DNA from: Lingula anatina | Lineage: Eukaryota > Animalia > Brachiopoda | Direction of reading: 5' to 3' | Assembly (NCBI GenBank): GCA_051362555.1 | Contig: CM120645.1 | Span: 19,034,001 to 19,098,000, forward strand | DNA: 64,000 bases | Shown here: positions 51,301 to 64,000 of the stretch, piece by piece | How the letters are laid out: every line of letters begins with the position of its first letter | Numbering within the stretch: position 1 is the stretch's first letter | Program-made: the position numbers and the translations under genes | Notes under the pieces: model-generated | What the model was told of the DNA's origin: nothing | The model's database searches: none | Seen by the model: only the letters and a program-made list of their open reading frames with translations

Positions 51301-53331
51301 GAGAGACAATGTGCATGAGACAATTGGAGATTATTTCAATAAATTATCTTTGTGAGGGTATGAAGACATATTTTTACAGTGCATGTGTGTTTAAAAAAGT
51401 TAAAAAATATATATATTATTCAATTAGTTAAGTATGGAAAAATATAGGGCATTTTTTGTTAACGTAACATACTATACAGTAGAGAGAGAAACTGCTATAA
51501 AAGATGGACATCACATAAGGGTAAGGGGCCAAGACCAGGTGGGTGGCTTATTCTAGAAATTCAAACTTAGATTCTATGCAATTAAAAAAGATCATGTTTA
51601 TTTTTTTACTTACGTTTTTTTTATCACAACTTTAAACATTATATTTAAGAATATATGTGATAAGGCCAGAGAAAAATGAACACAGATATGAGATTACTAC
51701 ATCGATCTCAGTACACGTAGACTTGTTCTATCCCAAAGAACTCAATGAACTTCACAAAATTTGCCCTCGGTTAATAACTTGTACAATGGGGTATCAAGTG
51801 AAAGTACACCCCAAAACCAAACAAGCTTTAACTATTGACCCCCCCTTAACCAAACTGAAGCCACCCTTCTAATCCCTGTCCACTCACGGTCACTTCAAAT
51901 ATACTGACCATTTTCCCATGCATAGTTATCACCAATTGACCACACCTTAATAAGACTTTAAACAACAGTGGACATTCCTCAGCAAGCAGTGTTTGAGGGC
52001 CGAGGGGCTAGTTAGGGTGGTGGAGGTTAGTCAGAGCTGTGGGGCTAGTCAGGGCCAGTCATATGAATCAGCCTCTGAATCAAAGCAAGGCAGGGGAGTT
52101 TGACATGCACTCACCACTTCTAATCTCTGCCAATCAGAGAATTCTGAGAATACACGGCAATGATGATTCAAACTGCTAGAATATTAATAACCAAACAGAA
52201 TCTTCAGTGTATACTGTACCTACATGTAGCACTTGTTAGCTTTACATGGGATCCTTATTGCAATCAGTGAGTTGATTCTGTGACCACAAGCTTTGACCCA
52301 AAGTGAATATCAATCAACACAAGCCATCTGTGCTGTGCACCTGTAAGCTTGATTACACATCACCCCCTACAACATTATATTAAGATCCATTGGTCTGCAG
52401 GCTGTCCGAATCATATAACTTGTCTAAAGATTTGACCATCCAAATGGTCAATGAATGATCAAGAAATAACACAATCTTGGCTATCATAAAGCTATACATT
52501 AATACAAACTGACCAGTCAATGACCAGTACTGTCCAGACAGTTGACCAGTACCAAATAATTGGATTAAGTTGTTCTCCTGGGACTGAGTGTGTTAATGAT
52601 TATAATTTAATGGGAGCTCTGTCACTTATAAGCTTGGAAAACATGATGATTATTTTCATACACACAGCTACTATAGTGAGGGCTTTTAAAATAAAAATAT
52701 TCATCTACATTGATTTTTCATTCCTTAAAATACCTTTTTAAAAATTTATGCTTTGATAAACCTTGGATGGAAAATAAACAAATTCATTTGTCCAAGGAAA
52801 AACTCCAAGTCCTGGTATACAGTAAATGCAACTTTTTTTCTTGTGCAATATATCAAAGGTATGCTGATGATACCCTTTTTTTTCTCAAGTTATACACAAG
52901 TACTGTTGATTGGCTTCTTAACCAGAAAATTTGGCATCTTTGCCCACCTTTACTATACCATAATAATACATCTGTTTGTAAATAAAGCCTAAAAAGAAGG
53001 AAGGTAAATACTGTTTCTTTGGCAGAACAAAAATGATGAAAAAAAAAACAGGAAATTGGATTTCTACCTTTTCCCCTTGTTGATCAGCTGCCATACATGG
53101 TATTAGTGCAGATTTTTTCTGCAATCACTGTCTATCCTGACCACTACAGCACTGTTTAATACTCTAGCATGCCCTCCTCCCCTCCCCTCCAACACACAGA
53201 CCATTACAAAACATGATCATTATACCTTATTGTAGTTTTTTTCTAGATGAGCTATTATAAAAAAAAAACACAATTTTTATAAGAATCTGTATACTTGTTA
53301 TAAGCATCATCAACATCATCATTATTATTGA

Positions 53332-53385
<54 letters not shown>

Positions 53386-53386
53386 T
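53332..53386. repeat. (AAT)n microsatellite; others: (TG)n ~4419-4440, (ATTT)n ~19534-19574, (TA)n ~26385-26423 and ~60908-60948, (CA)n ~48865-48960 and ~54035-54105
   Basis: Directly visible simple repeats. Confidence 0.9.
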
Positions 53387-54034
53387 ATTTTCTATGTAAT
53401 TAAAAATGAGAACTAGTGAAGTGCTAAATTATGTTTGTGCTTTGTATCTCTTCATTGTGCCTGAAATACCAAGGTGAATTCAATAAACTTAATCAATTTT
53501 ATCAATCAATCAACTTCTGGTCTGGGAACTGAACTGGACAACAGAATGCCCCTTATCACTGGCGCGATAACCCCCTTAGCTTTTATTTCCTTGTTTTACA
53601 TAAATCTTATCTTGGGGCTAACTGTTCATTAACATGCTCACCCTCAGCATTGTGATCCTCTTTGTTCCTCATTGAGTATTCCTTGTCTTAAAATACCAAG
53701 ATCATATCTGTTGCAAAGCGTTCATTTTAAGCATTGCTGCTTATCCTCCCCTCCCTCCTCCATACATGACAATCTTTATTCCTTATTTCCTGGTTTTACA
53801 TTTTTTAGTATCATTTGTTTGTGTTGAGAGGTGGTGCTATTGACAGGCTGCAATCAGTGCATGAAATAAGTGATGCTCTCTAGAACTGAAGCACTTTCCC
53901 CATTCACAGCTCTCTGTTCACCTGTCTTTTCCTAGTACGAAAAGCAGCTTTATTTCACCTGAGTGACAATGGTTCACACACCTGTACAACTTTTAATAAT
54001 TCTGCTGTTTTTACCTGACACCCCCCTCCAGCAT

Positions 54035-54073
<39 letters not shown>

Positions 54074-54437
54074 CATGCACACACATACGTATGCGCACAC
54101 ACACACTCACATATACACCAGTCACCTCAATTCATACTGATGATTTATCATCTATTTCCTTGTTTAAAAATACCTTAATCTGGGCACATAAGTGCTCCCC
54201 ATTTATTATTCCTTTTGCTTTGTTTTAAAAGCCCCTTAATCTTCCCTGTGTATGCATGGTTAATGCTGATAATTATATCGCTCACTGCCTTCCATTATGT
54301 ACAAATCGTGCCTGTTACTTCCTTGTTTTGAAAATGAGACCCAGTACAAGTGCACTGGGTACGCAAAGAGTTTATAAGCTCTTACTTCTGAAAACAGTCA
54401 CTGCGACTGCAATCCCTTCTTTTTTTTATTTCTCTTA

Positions 54438-54652
54438 GACCCCATTTCCAGAGATTAGATCGATCTACTTTAGATCGACCTACCTCCCTGGGGGTTCACG
54501 CTAAATAGCTGTCAGCCGGACGGACACAAAAGTTAATTACCCCCTTACAGCTTGTAGTAGGCGGGACGGACATTTAAGCCGGATTATCTGACAGTAATCT
54601 AGTGAGACTCCCTGCGGGGATAGATCGATCTAAAAGCTCTGGGAATACGGCC
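54438..54652 (+). mobile_element. PIF/Harbinger-like MITE, copy 3
   Basis: tta|GACCCCATTTCCAGAGATTAGATCGATC...GATCGATCTAAAAGCTCTGGGAATACGGCC|tta. Confidence 0.9.
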
Positions 54653-57600
54653 TTAAAGACTTCCTAGCAATGCCATTTGGCAAGTCTCCTCCACATAAAA
54701 AGCCATGTGCACCATTTTCATAACCTTCAAATATCACGTCATTTAATTAATTTTTTAATAAATTTTACCTAACTGAAAAAAAATTCCAAGCATTCTTATT
54801 AATAAAAGCCGATTCACAATATCAGGATTTCTCTCATTTAAAATGAAATTTTGAACCTAAAATCAATAATAATCTGTCCTTTAAATCTTCAATGTCAAGT
54901 CAGTAATGAACAAGGGAAATGAGAATACACATTATACACGAATATTTGGGCTTGTCATTTGGCTTTTGGCTTCTCATATCTAATTTAATAATGTTTCTGA
55001 AATCTGACTTCACATTCACCCCTTGTTTTATTTTCTTCAGAATTCTTTATACAATAAAATTTAAAATGAATTATGAAAATAATTATGACAGGCATGCAAC
55101 TTGTTTTCTTATGAATGAGATGTGAATTTGTACTTAAAACTGTAACTATATTCCATTTTTTAAAATTCTCTAATTTTGTGTAAATATTTAAGGAAAATAA
55201 AAAAAAAATCAAATGCACTTGGAAAGATAACTGAAAGGGCCATGAATACAAAACCTGGGGGGGGGGGGGGGGGGGGGGGGTTACGAGGCTTGAATATAAA
55301 AGTTGCACACAAACTGCTTAAATCTGTCAAACTTGCATTCATTCTCTCCATCCCCCTCTCACTTCTTCTCTCTCTCTCTCTCTCTCTCCAAGCTCTTATT
55401 TACAACGATGAAGAGTCACCCAGCGTCTAATGATGATAAATCGGGACTCTTGGGGAAGCTAACAATAGCACCACCCCGTGGCTACAACAACAACACTACC
55501 TGGTCACCTATTATACAAACATGTAGACTGGACACAACTGGACAGTAATGACCACTAGCATGAATGATGAGAGGACTACTAAGGACAAACTCATTTTACA
55601 AAAACCGCAGTCAGCCGATCCAATCCAATCCATTCCAATAACACTGAAACCATCTCTCCTAGTCCCTCTCCCTCATAAAAAAGAATGAATGAAAACAAAA
55701 AATGTAAAAACAAATTAATTATGTAATGAGTTACAGGCATTTGGGTATTGGCCATATGACAATCATCTATTGGGGGGGGGGGGGGGGGGGGGGGAGATAG
55801 GAGAAAGTTGCTATTTTTACAGATTGAAGGATAGTAAAATCTTTTAGACTACCCAATCTGAGACCCTCTGCAACAGAAAAGGTGACCACTTGTTGCTACT
55901 GAGGACAAACTCATTTTCTGCATGACATCCGTGTAAATTCCATCTTTAAGAAACTTTCCTTTTCCAGGGACCTGGATAAGGAGGGGGGGGCTGAAAGAAG
56001 GCAGCAAGGGCAGTTACATGGACAAACTCACACTGACCACGTGAGGACCACCTGACCACAAGGACCAAGTGACCAGAGTCATCCCAAGAATTCCACTCCT
56101 AGGTTATCAAACATCTCCCAGGTAGGACGTCCTGGTCACTTCAAAGTGGTCAGTGCAAGGCCAGGCTGATACCATCACCAGGATACCCTGTGTCCCATGC
56201 TTATACCAATCACCACTTTGTCATTAAGCAGTTATGTGAGCAATGGAGAGAAGGGTACATGGTCATTAACACACCTGCTCAGCAGAGATGGGGCATTTAA
56301 AGAATGACACTTTTAAGGAACATCATTGGTCCTTTATCTAACCATACAGGTGATAGACAACAAGGAACAATTTTCTCATTAAGGTCCATTAAGGACTTGA
56401 ACTCGTGTCCGTGTCCGTTTGTTAATCATCACTGTGCCATGCTACAGTGAGCAGACACATTAAGAGGTGCTTAACACACCAGTTCAGTGTTTGGCAATTC
56501 ACAAAGGTATGCTAAGAACTTCAACTCAAGACAATTGTAAGATGGTCACAGGAGATATTTGCCCACCTGAGGAATTCATTATGGAGCAGTGTTAATTATC
56601 CTCACTGAACACTGCTCCTCTTATTTGTTATCTACATACTCATTTATGTCCAGGGGGGTTAAAATACTAATGAGAGGGTTATTAGACGTGTGAAGTTGGC
56701 CTGTTGAGGGAAAATCACAAAACAACTTCAGAAAGAATGTTATCTGGGACGTAATCATTCTGATATGCTGTACAGTGAGAACAAAATTGGAGAAAGTCAC
56801 AGAAGACAGTCAATGGTGAGAATCTATTACAGAGAGAGCTGGAACACCTTTAGTATTACATATCATTTATTGAAAAACTGTGAAAGACAGCAAATGTTAT
56901 CCTACCTGCCAGACTACCTGCTAAACAAATGCCCCAGTTGTTTCAGCCAGTGCTGCCCCTGTGGCCAATTCTTTATACAAATGTTCTCTTTCAGCATTCT
57001 TATCAATTATTTTCTATTCTTATAAGGACTTGTGATACTTGAAAGTCCAAAAATCAGTCTTCCAAAACAACTGCTTTTTGCTTGTATATTTCTTTCATTA
57101 TTCATTCTTTCAAAAAATGCAGCGATGTCTTTTTTCCCCTTATAAATTAGCAACAATTATTTATGAGTTAACCATATCTTAAAAGCTGTTGAACAGAAAT
57201 AACAACTAACTAATTATCCCTTCAAGCCCTGATTCTAAAATGGGCATGCACAAAAATATTATGAAATAACACACAGGTTTATAAAAATTTAATGCAATGA
57301 TGACCATTCTACTATATAAGTGCGCAGATACCTCATACTAAAAAGTAAGTTTTTTCACATTCAAAATTCTGCCGTCAAAATTCTTACCATTTCCTTTTTC
57401 AATTTTTCAGAGCACTTTATATTGCAAATTGCAACTCCTGTAAGGAAAACGGATAAGTTAATGCCTTGTATGGTTTAACAGAATCAATAATAGGTGTAAA
57501 ACTATGAGGCTACACCTGTAACAGGATATAACTTTTTCAAAAAATCATTCCTAACCTCAAAGTTATTAAATCCAAAACCTAGCTTCTTGCACTGCAGATA

Positions 57601-60600
57601 CAGGTCAATGTGCTCCAATGACCAGCACACCAAAACTTCCAGTCAGCCAGCATCTGGACATTACAATTACAAAGACGACATTACATGAAACCTAAGCCAT
57701 AACAGTCAGTCTCAAAAATTATATAATGCATCTATCAAAAATTTAATGAGAAAGTATGAAAAGGTTAAACTCATATTGTGCAGCTTGTGTCAACATGACA
57801 GAAACATTGGTCAGTTGCTGTCTCAATAATAATCTATATTTTACCAGGGGTGAATTTTAGGCCATCTTCTGGGTCTTTCAGATGATGGACAGATTTTCAA
57901 GTTGACATTGATGGGTGTCTATTTTTTCTGTCTGCAGATGGTCAAAAATGGAGGACGGATCAACAGAGTTAATTTGGAAGACTGTCAGCAAATATCTCTG
58001 AATCTGCCCTGTTTTACAGGTACATAATGTATTATTTAAAAAATCAAAAGGTTATGATCAGGGACTGCACTCAGGAGGTTGTTCCCACCTTTTGGTTGGA
58101 TGTACTCTTGTCCAGATACGTGTAATATTAAAAAAAAAAAGACTTCTGAATGACTGTGAACTGGAGTCTGTTTCACATACCAACTTGAGGCCGCACATAG
58201 GCCATAACTTGAAGTCCCAGGTAAATCAGTACTAGCCCAATTAAATTCAATATTCCATCCAGTTTAAAACCAGTAACACATTGTGTTTAAGGCCATAACT
58301 AACTTTATTTAAATCAACAACTTTGAATCTGTTTTGAGCTGACTGATTGCCATTGGGGCTACATGCTTTGTACCCACTGGGTAATTAACATACCATTATA
58401 TTACTGCTACTAAAACTAATGGTACAGTTTAGGAAGCCCCGGTTTCATAAGGATTGATTTGCCGTTGATCTACAACACAATAATGTGAACATGCCCCAAG
58501 ACGTGCGCACAAGTCATGATGCCATTGGTGATATCAAACCTAGTGTCAGCTGATTCCATATCTGTCATTCTACCCGCATCTACGCGCACTGCTATGGCTT
58601 AGATTTATGAATGAACGAATAGCTTATCCACGCTAAGGCAGCGTGACACTTGAACGCAATACAACTGCTTGTTTAAACAGTTGCACCACTTGCTGTGAGA
58701 CAAGACCATATATGTACAGGGGTGCCCATGCAGCTGTTGGATTGTAAAAAACAACTTTACAGATAAAATTTTGTTAATCTTCCTTTGGACTCATCATACA
58801 TGTACATACAGTGTATAACAGATTGGTTGTTTTTTATCATTACTATTGAACACACTAAGGTATTTCAATTAAATATATTATACAATTGCTTTCTTAGTCT
58901 CAGTAACATATAAGTGATATAAACAAAAATGATTAAAATCACAAAAATGTAGCTTTAATTTAACAGTTTCTAAATAATTTAAGCTACAAGAATAATAATA
59001 AAAAGATAAATATTCATGATTCAAGTACTCATATCTGACGTAAATGTCAGAAACTTGAGGGCAAAAACAAACAATATTGGTCATCTTAAACTGCTAAATC
59101 CAAGCAGTCATTAAATGAGTGAAACTGTATCTTGTGGCCCTCATTAAAAGATGTCACCTGTTTATATTACATCACAACTCATTGAAAAAGATTCTAAGGC
59201 CTTCACTAATAAAATGCCATATCTAGATAAACGTCCCCTGCACCAACCACTTGAACTTAATTAATAAGAGCCTTGCACATTTTATGTCTTACATCTTCCG
59301 ATTTTTCTTTGTTAGGATTCAGTCATTATCTAGACTTTTGTATAACGGCTAGGTGCATTTATACTCAATGCAGTAAATTACTGCCTTTGCTTGGCATTGT
59401 TAATTTAGCATATAAACATGAACCAATGAGGCCATGATGCTGAATTATATATACTAGTGGTTCTAGTCTAACAGTGTCTAGATTTTATACAGAATATAAT
59501 ATCAAATTTAAGAAGTAAATAAATACTTCAAAAAACATAAATTAAGTCATGGCTTTTATTAGCCAAATAGACCTGACACAGTTATATTGAACTACTGGCA
59601 GGGACAGTGTCCCAAACATCGTGATTATGAATTACGCCAGCTGTCTAAGCAATATACCCAACTCATTCAGGCTTATCACGGCTTGGAGTGGGTGGTGGAG
59701 TATCACGGCGGGGCGTGACACAGGAAGCACAGTGCGGATGTGGAGTGGATTTATTCAACAGCTTAACGCCTATAAACTTATACCTATATATATATACACA
59801 TATATATAAATATAGCTGAATAAATAAAGACAATCACGCCTGTGACACCACATTTAAAACATCTTCTTATCAAGGGTACGTGTGCACTGCTAACAGCTGC
59901 GAACTCATATGTGGTGATTATGCATGTAAACAGGGCTTTTGTAATTATTATCTGAATTTTATCACGACCTGATCACCTGCTCCATTGACAAATGTTGAGC
60001 CACTTACAATTCAAACTGGACAAACCGCTACATGCATGTAATCATATATTGTGACCACCCTGATCATCAATAGCCTTTATGGTTTCACAAAAGAGGAGTC
60101 TGAATTGATGACATAACATTCTACCTCATTAATCTTATTGTATTTTCGCTTCATACTGCATATACAACTGTATCATTTATATGTACTTAAACACATTAAT
60201 TTTATTATTTTTTTATTACTTAAACTTATTTATTTATTTATCAGGTCACTATACAATAGTATTTACAGTAGCATACATGTATACAGCCAGTACTGTAAAT
60301 ATGGACATAAAAAGCTTGATCATTTATTTATGCCAACCAGTTATCAATGTTAAACTTAGAAATACCATATAAATATCCATTTTGGACTGCTGTCTTCTTT
60401 CAATGGGCTAAACTGGGTTCCAAAGTAAATTACACAAAAACGTGAAATAATGCTTTACTTACATTTTTTATTTGCTTAGAAAAAAATTATCAGGAATATG
60501 TGCAATAATAACCATCAGTAGAAAAATATGTAGCAAGCCTCTGCCACACTCATATGCATTTATGCAAGCATGCACACATGCACGCATACACACACACACA

Positions 60601-60904
60601 CACACGGTCAAAAATAAGACAACTAAAATCACACAAAGAGTTCACTCACGCAAATGCATCTTGTCAGAGCCTTTCAATATAAATCTGTTATACACTGAGA
60701 AAAGGCTCTTTAGCTACTACAGATAATAAAACAATGTCCACGCTGTACATAATGCAGCTAATCTGCTCTGTTTTCAGAGCAACACATATTAAATACCATC
60801 ATTAATTTCAGAGTATTTACCTTCAATACAATATGTAGAGAGAGAGAGGGGGGGAATACCTCATTATTTTGCCAGAATATATCGACTATGCTATAAACAT
60901 GTCC

Positions 60905-60951
<47 letters not shown>

Positions 60952-63215
60952 AGCAAATATATCAATAATTAAAGAAAACCCCTGAAATCCTCCAGCCAGA
61001 ATACTATAAATATACATGAATGTAAAATGCTATTTATTCCTTATCTGATAGATAACTATGAATTCCACATTCAAAAGATACTGGCAAAGGCCATAATATT
61101 GCTAGTACAAGTTAAGTCCAATCCATGCAGTGAGTGACCAGTGGTCAGCCTCCACCAGGTGGCAGCATGGGATGGTCAATGGTCATTACTTAACTCGGAG
61201 CACCAAGGCCATACAAAAACAATTTAATCAAGACAAGTTCTGGCTTTATTTGAAATTATATTAGTACACGTATGTTTAGATACTTGGGTCATAGTATGAC
61301 TTTCTTCTTTATTCAAGTTTCATATAAGAGAAATATATTTTCCCATTTTTATTTTATAAAGGCAAAATATAAAGGCCAATTGTTCCGATTTTTCTCTTTT
61401 GCCATTTTTTTTCATCCCTTCAAAAATACAATGGCCAGCTTCATTTTAACATATTGCCAACAAATAATGTCAATTAACTGTATTAATAGCAATGGTGTTA
61501 TACAAGTTATTTTGACTAGGATTTTAACTACAAGATGTGACCAAAGCGAACAGACACTTCTGATGACATAGCTGACCTAGCTGATAAATATCTCATAAGA
61601 TGATGGTGTGATGCAATTAATTTATTTCAGCTATTCAAAATATTCCCCATTTAAATACATCCACATACAGGCATGTGCCCTTAACACCCCCCCCCTGCCC
61701 CCCTCCCCCCTGCAACACACACATACAACAGACATAACGCACTTCTCTCCTGAGAATTGACATGCAGACACATAAATTTAGAATGCACAGAATTCTCTAT
61801 GACCGCCAGTCTCCAGGGCACGCGTAATAACTTGGAGGTGCGTTACAAGCATTCCCGTCAGTCCAAGCAGCCAGACCTGGCACCAAAAGGTGATAATTTT
61901 AGCTCTGTAACTCACGCAATCATATAATTAAGAGTCCAGTCCACTAGCCAACTTCTTGACCTCAGGAAGAGGACTTGTTTGATGCCAACAAACTCCAACT
62001 GGTGCACGGTGGGAATGCGGTCAGCCTTGGCATATTGCCAAAAAAATTTTTTGTGCCAATTAGTATAGGAGCTTCTTTGTTTATTCAATAGTTTCTAAAA
62101 ATACATTTTTTCCTTGATAGTTTGCCACTGGCCCCATATTTACAGATTGCCAGAAGGTTCATTTTTACTGTGCCAATGTATATTTTCTCTCCCCCTGACT
62201 TATTTCAACCACAGTGTATTTCACTCATTTCTCTAAATATTTCTTCATTCCTTCACTCTTTTCATTTCTTCATTTCACAAAAAAGAAATAAAAATTGCTA
62301 ATTTTTATCATACTGATGGAATAGGTTGTAAAGCTCTCTTGTAGCATATGTTCACGTACACTTACAAGTTGGTTACAAGACTGAGTTCCAGCCCTTCCTT
62401 GTAAAGAATAACTGGTATACCCTGTAAAAGTGCATGTAAGGGGATTTCAATAACTTAAAAGTATTACTTTCTACATCAGATAAAATTATCTAAGGGAATA
62501 TGGTTTATGTAATGATGGTGTGTTTGTATGTCTGAGTCTTTCTTTTGCCAATCTATAAATATAGCTTCACCTTCTAATTTTACCCAATGCATGCAGCTAA
62601 TATATCAGATCTTTTATTGCAAAGATAAATTTAGCTTAAAGAAGAATAGAAATGCCCTTTGACGATGAAATGAAGTCAGACGTAAGATTGGTTTGTGCAA
62701 TTTCCCTTTCTTTTTGAAACACGTACTTTCAAAAACCTTACCTGAAAAACTGTTCAAGTGAAAAAAAAAACATTACCTGAGCAATAAAGAAACTAAAATA
62801 TGTGTAAGAGATTAAAAAATTTCAACAATGCTCTTGTGACAAGAGTGAGTGCTGTTTCACTACAATTCTTGTTCCAAACAAAAAAGTGATTACTATCACT
62901 AAATTGTCAGTTAATACCCCCCTTTGGAAGAATGGAATAATCTTCTTGATAATGTACTACAACATATGTACTTCAATCATTTAGGTAACAGTGATATATA
63001 TATTTATAATGGTAGGCAAAACACATACTTCTCCTGGTTCACACAGCTGTTCATATTGTCCTTCCTGTTGGACACAGATACATTTCACACACATGGCATC
63101 ACACAGATGGTCATCTTGTGACCAGGACCGGGACACAGAATGGACATATTGGAAGGAGACCGGGGGGGGGGGGGGGCAGAAGAGTGGTAGTTAAAAATTA
63201 TGGGGTAAAACAACA

Positions 63216-63441
63216 CACCCCATTTCCATAGATTTTTAGATCAATCTATCCCTGTGGGGAGTCTCACTAGATTACTGTCAGCTTGGCCAGCTTAAGTGTC
63301 TGTCCCGCCTACTAAAAGCTGTAAGGGGGTAATTAACTATGGTGCCCGCTCGGCTGACAGCAATTTAGCGTGAACCCCCAGGGAGTTAGGTCAATCTAAA
63401 TCTTAATCTTTAGATCGATCTAAATCTCTGGGAAAGCACCC
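63216..63441 (-). mobile_element. PIF/Harbinger-like MITE, copy 4 (inverted)
   Basis: Reverse complement of copies 1-3 (GTCTCACTAGATTACTGTCAG...TTTAGCGTGAACCCCCAGGGAGTTAGGTC); ends CCC|tta. Confidence 0.88.
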
Positions 63442-64000
63442 TTAATTAGGAGTCCTTGTTGTCCTCGTTGCTATTTCCAGAATACTGTGATAATGAGAAG
63501 CATGCTGAAAATTAAAGTCTGTGAAACTCAGTCTGTATCCTTATCACATGTCATTTCTTCAATACATAATCTTTATTTCCATGTCTTCATCCTCATAATG
63601 ACATTTATTGAAGGTCACATAATTTAATTGTTTTTAATTTTAATATGTATTTGGATTTTTTCTGGTTATCAACATCTAACAGAGAATATAGGAAGTGGTA
63701 CCTAGAGAAAAAGGGTCTTACACTGTAACTGAACTGAAATTTAATAAATTCCTTAACTTGAACCACCCACCCACCAACTCATTTCCTATATGACATTCAT
63801 TTACACAGTGGACTAACAAGTTAGTTAGATTCATAATTAATGTAAAATGCAAAGCTTTATTGGCCACAGTCTTATACAGTAAACAACAAACAGAAAACAT
63901 AGTAACAATGACATATGTGTGGAAATGACATAATTACATGCATTTCAAGGAAATGACATCAATGCATACAGTTAACTGGCTGCTCTGATCAAGTCATGGT

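Noticed and set aside
49400-55548. ORFs with poly-G/P/K/F or HT runs
   Set aside because: Translations of homopolymers and microsatellites.
1-64000. CRISPR arrays, rRNA, tRNA, autonomous transposases or retroelement ORFs, prokaryotic systems
   Set aside because: The sequence is intron-containing eukaryotic DNA; no repeat-spacer array, structural-RNA signature, or RT/DDE ORF was seen.

Overview
Eukaryotic, AT-rich invertebrate genomic DNA with spliceosomal introns, microsatellites and MITEs; it looks lophotrochozoan/mollusc-like, but the taxon is only an inference. From left to right: (1) the last two coding exons and 3'UTR of an OTUD5/DUBA deubiquitinase (+); (2) a decayed THAP-domain exon, probably a DNA-transposon relic (-); (3) two head-to-head, single-coding-exon GT10 alpha-1,3-fucosyltransferase genes (5015-6094 -, 15240-16325 +) forming the arms of an old ~11 kb inverted duplication with an almost homogenised catalytic core; (4) a complete 6-exon Pim Ser/Thr kinase gene (21622-27744 +, 334 aa) with a probable alternative first exon and a 3'UTR carrying two extended miR-33-complementary sites; (5) ~35 kb (29-64 kb) with no recognisable coding exon, visibly CpG-poor, with several minus-strand polypyrimidine-AG|GT(AA) motifs resembling recursive splice sites. 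At least five families of non-autonomous DNA transposons with identifiable TIRs/TSDs are present. No rRNA, tRNA or CRISPR was seen. All alignments and coordinates were read by eye.
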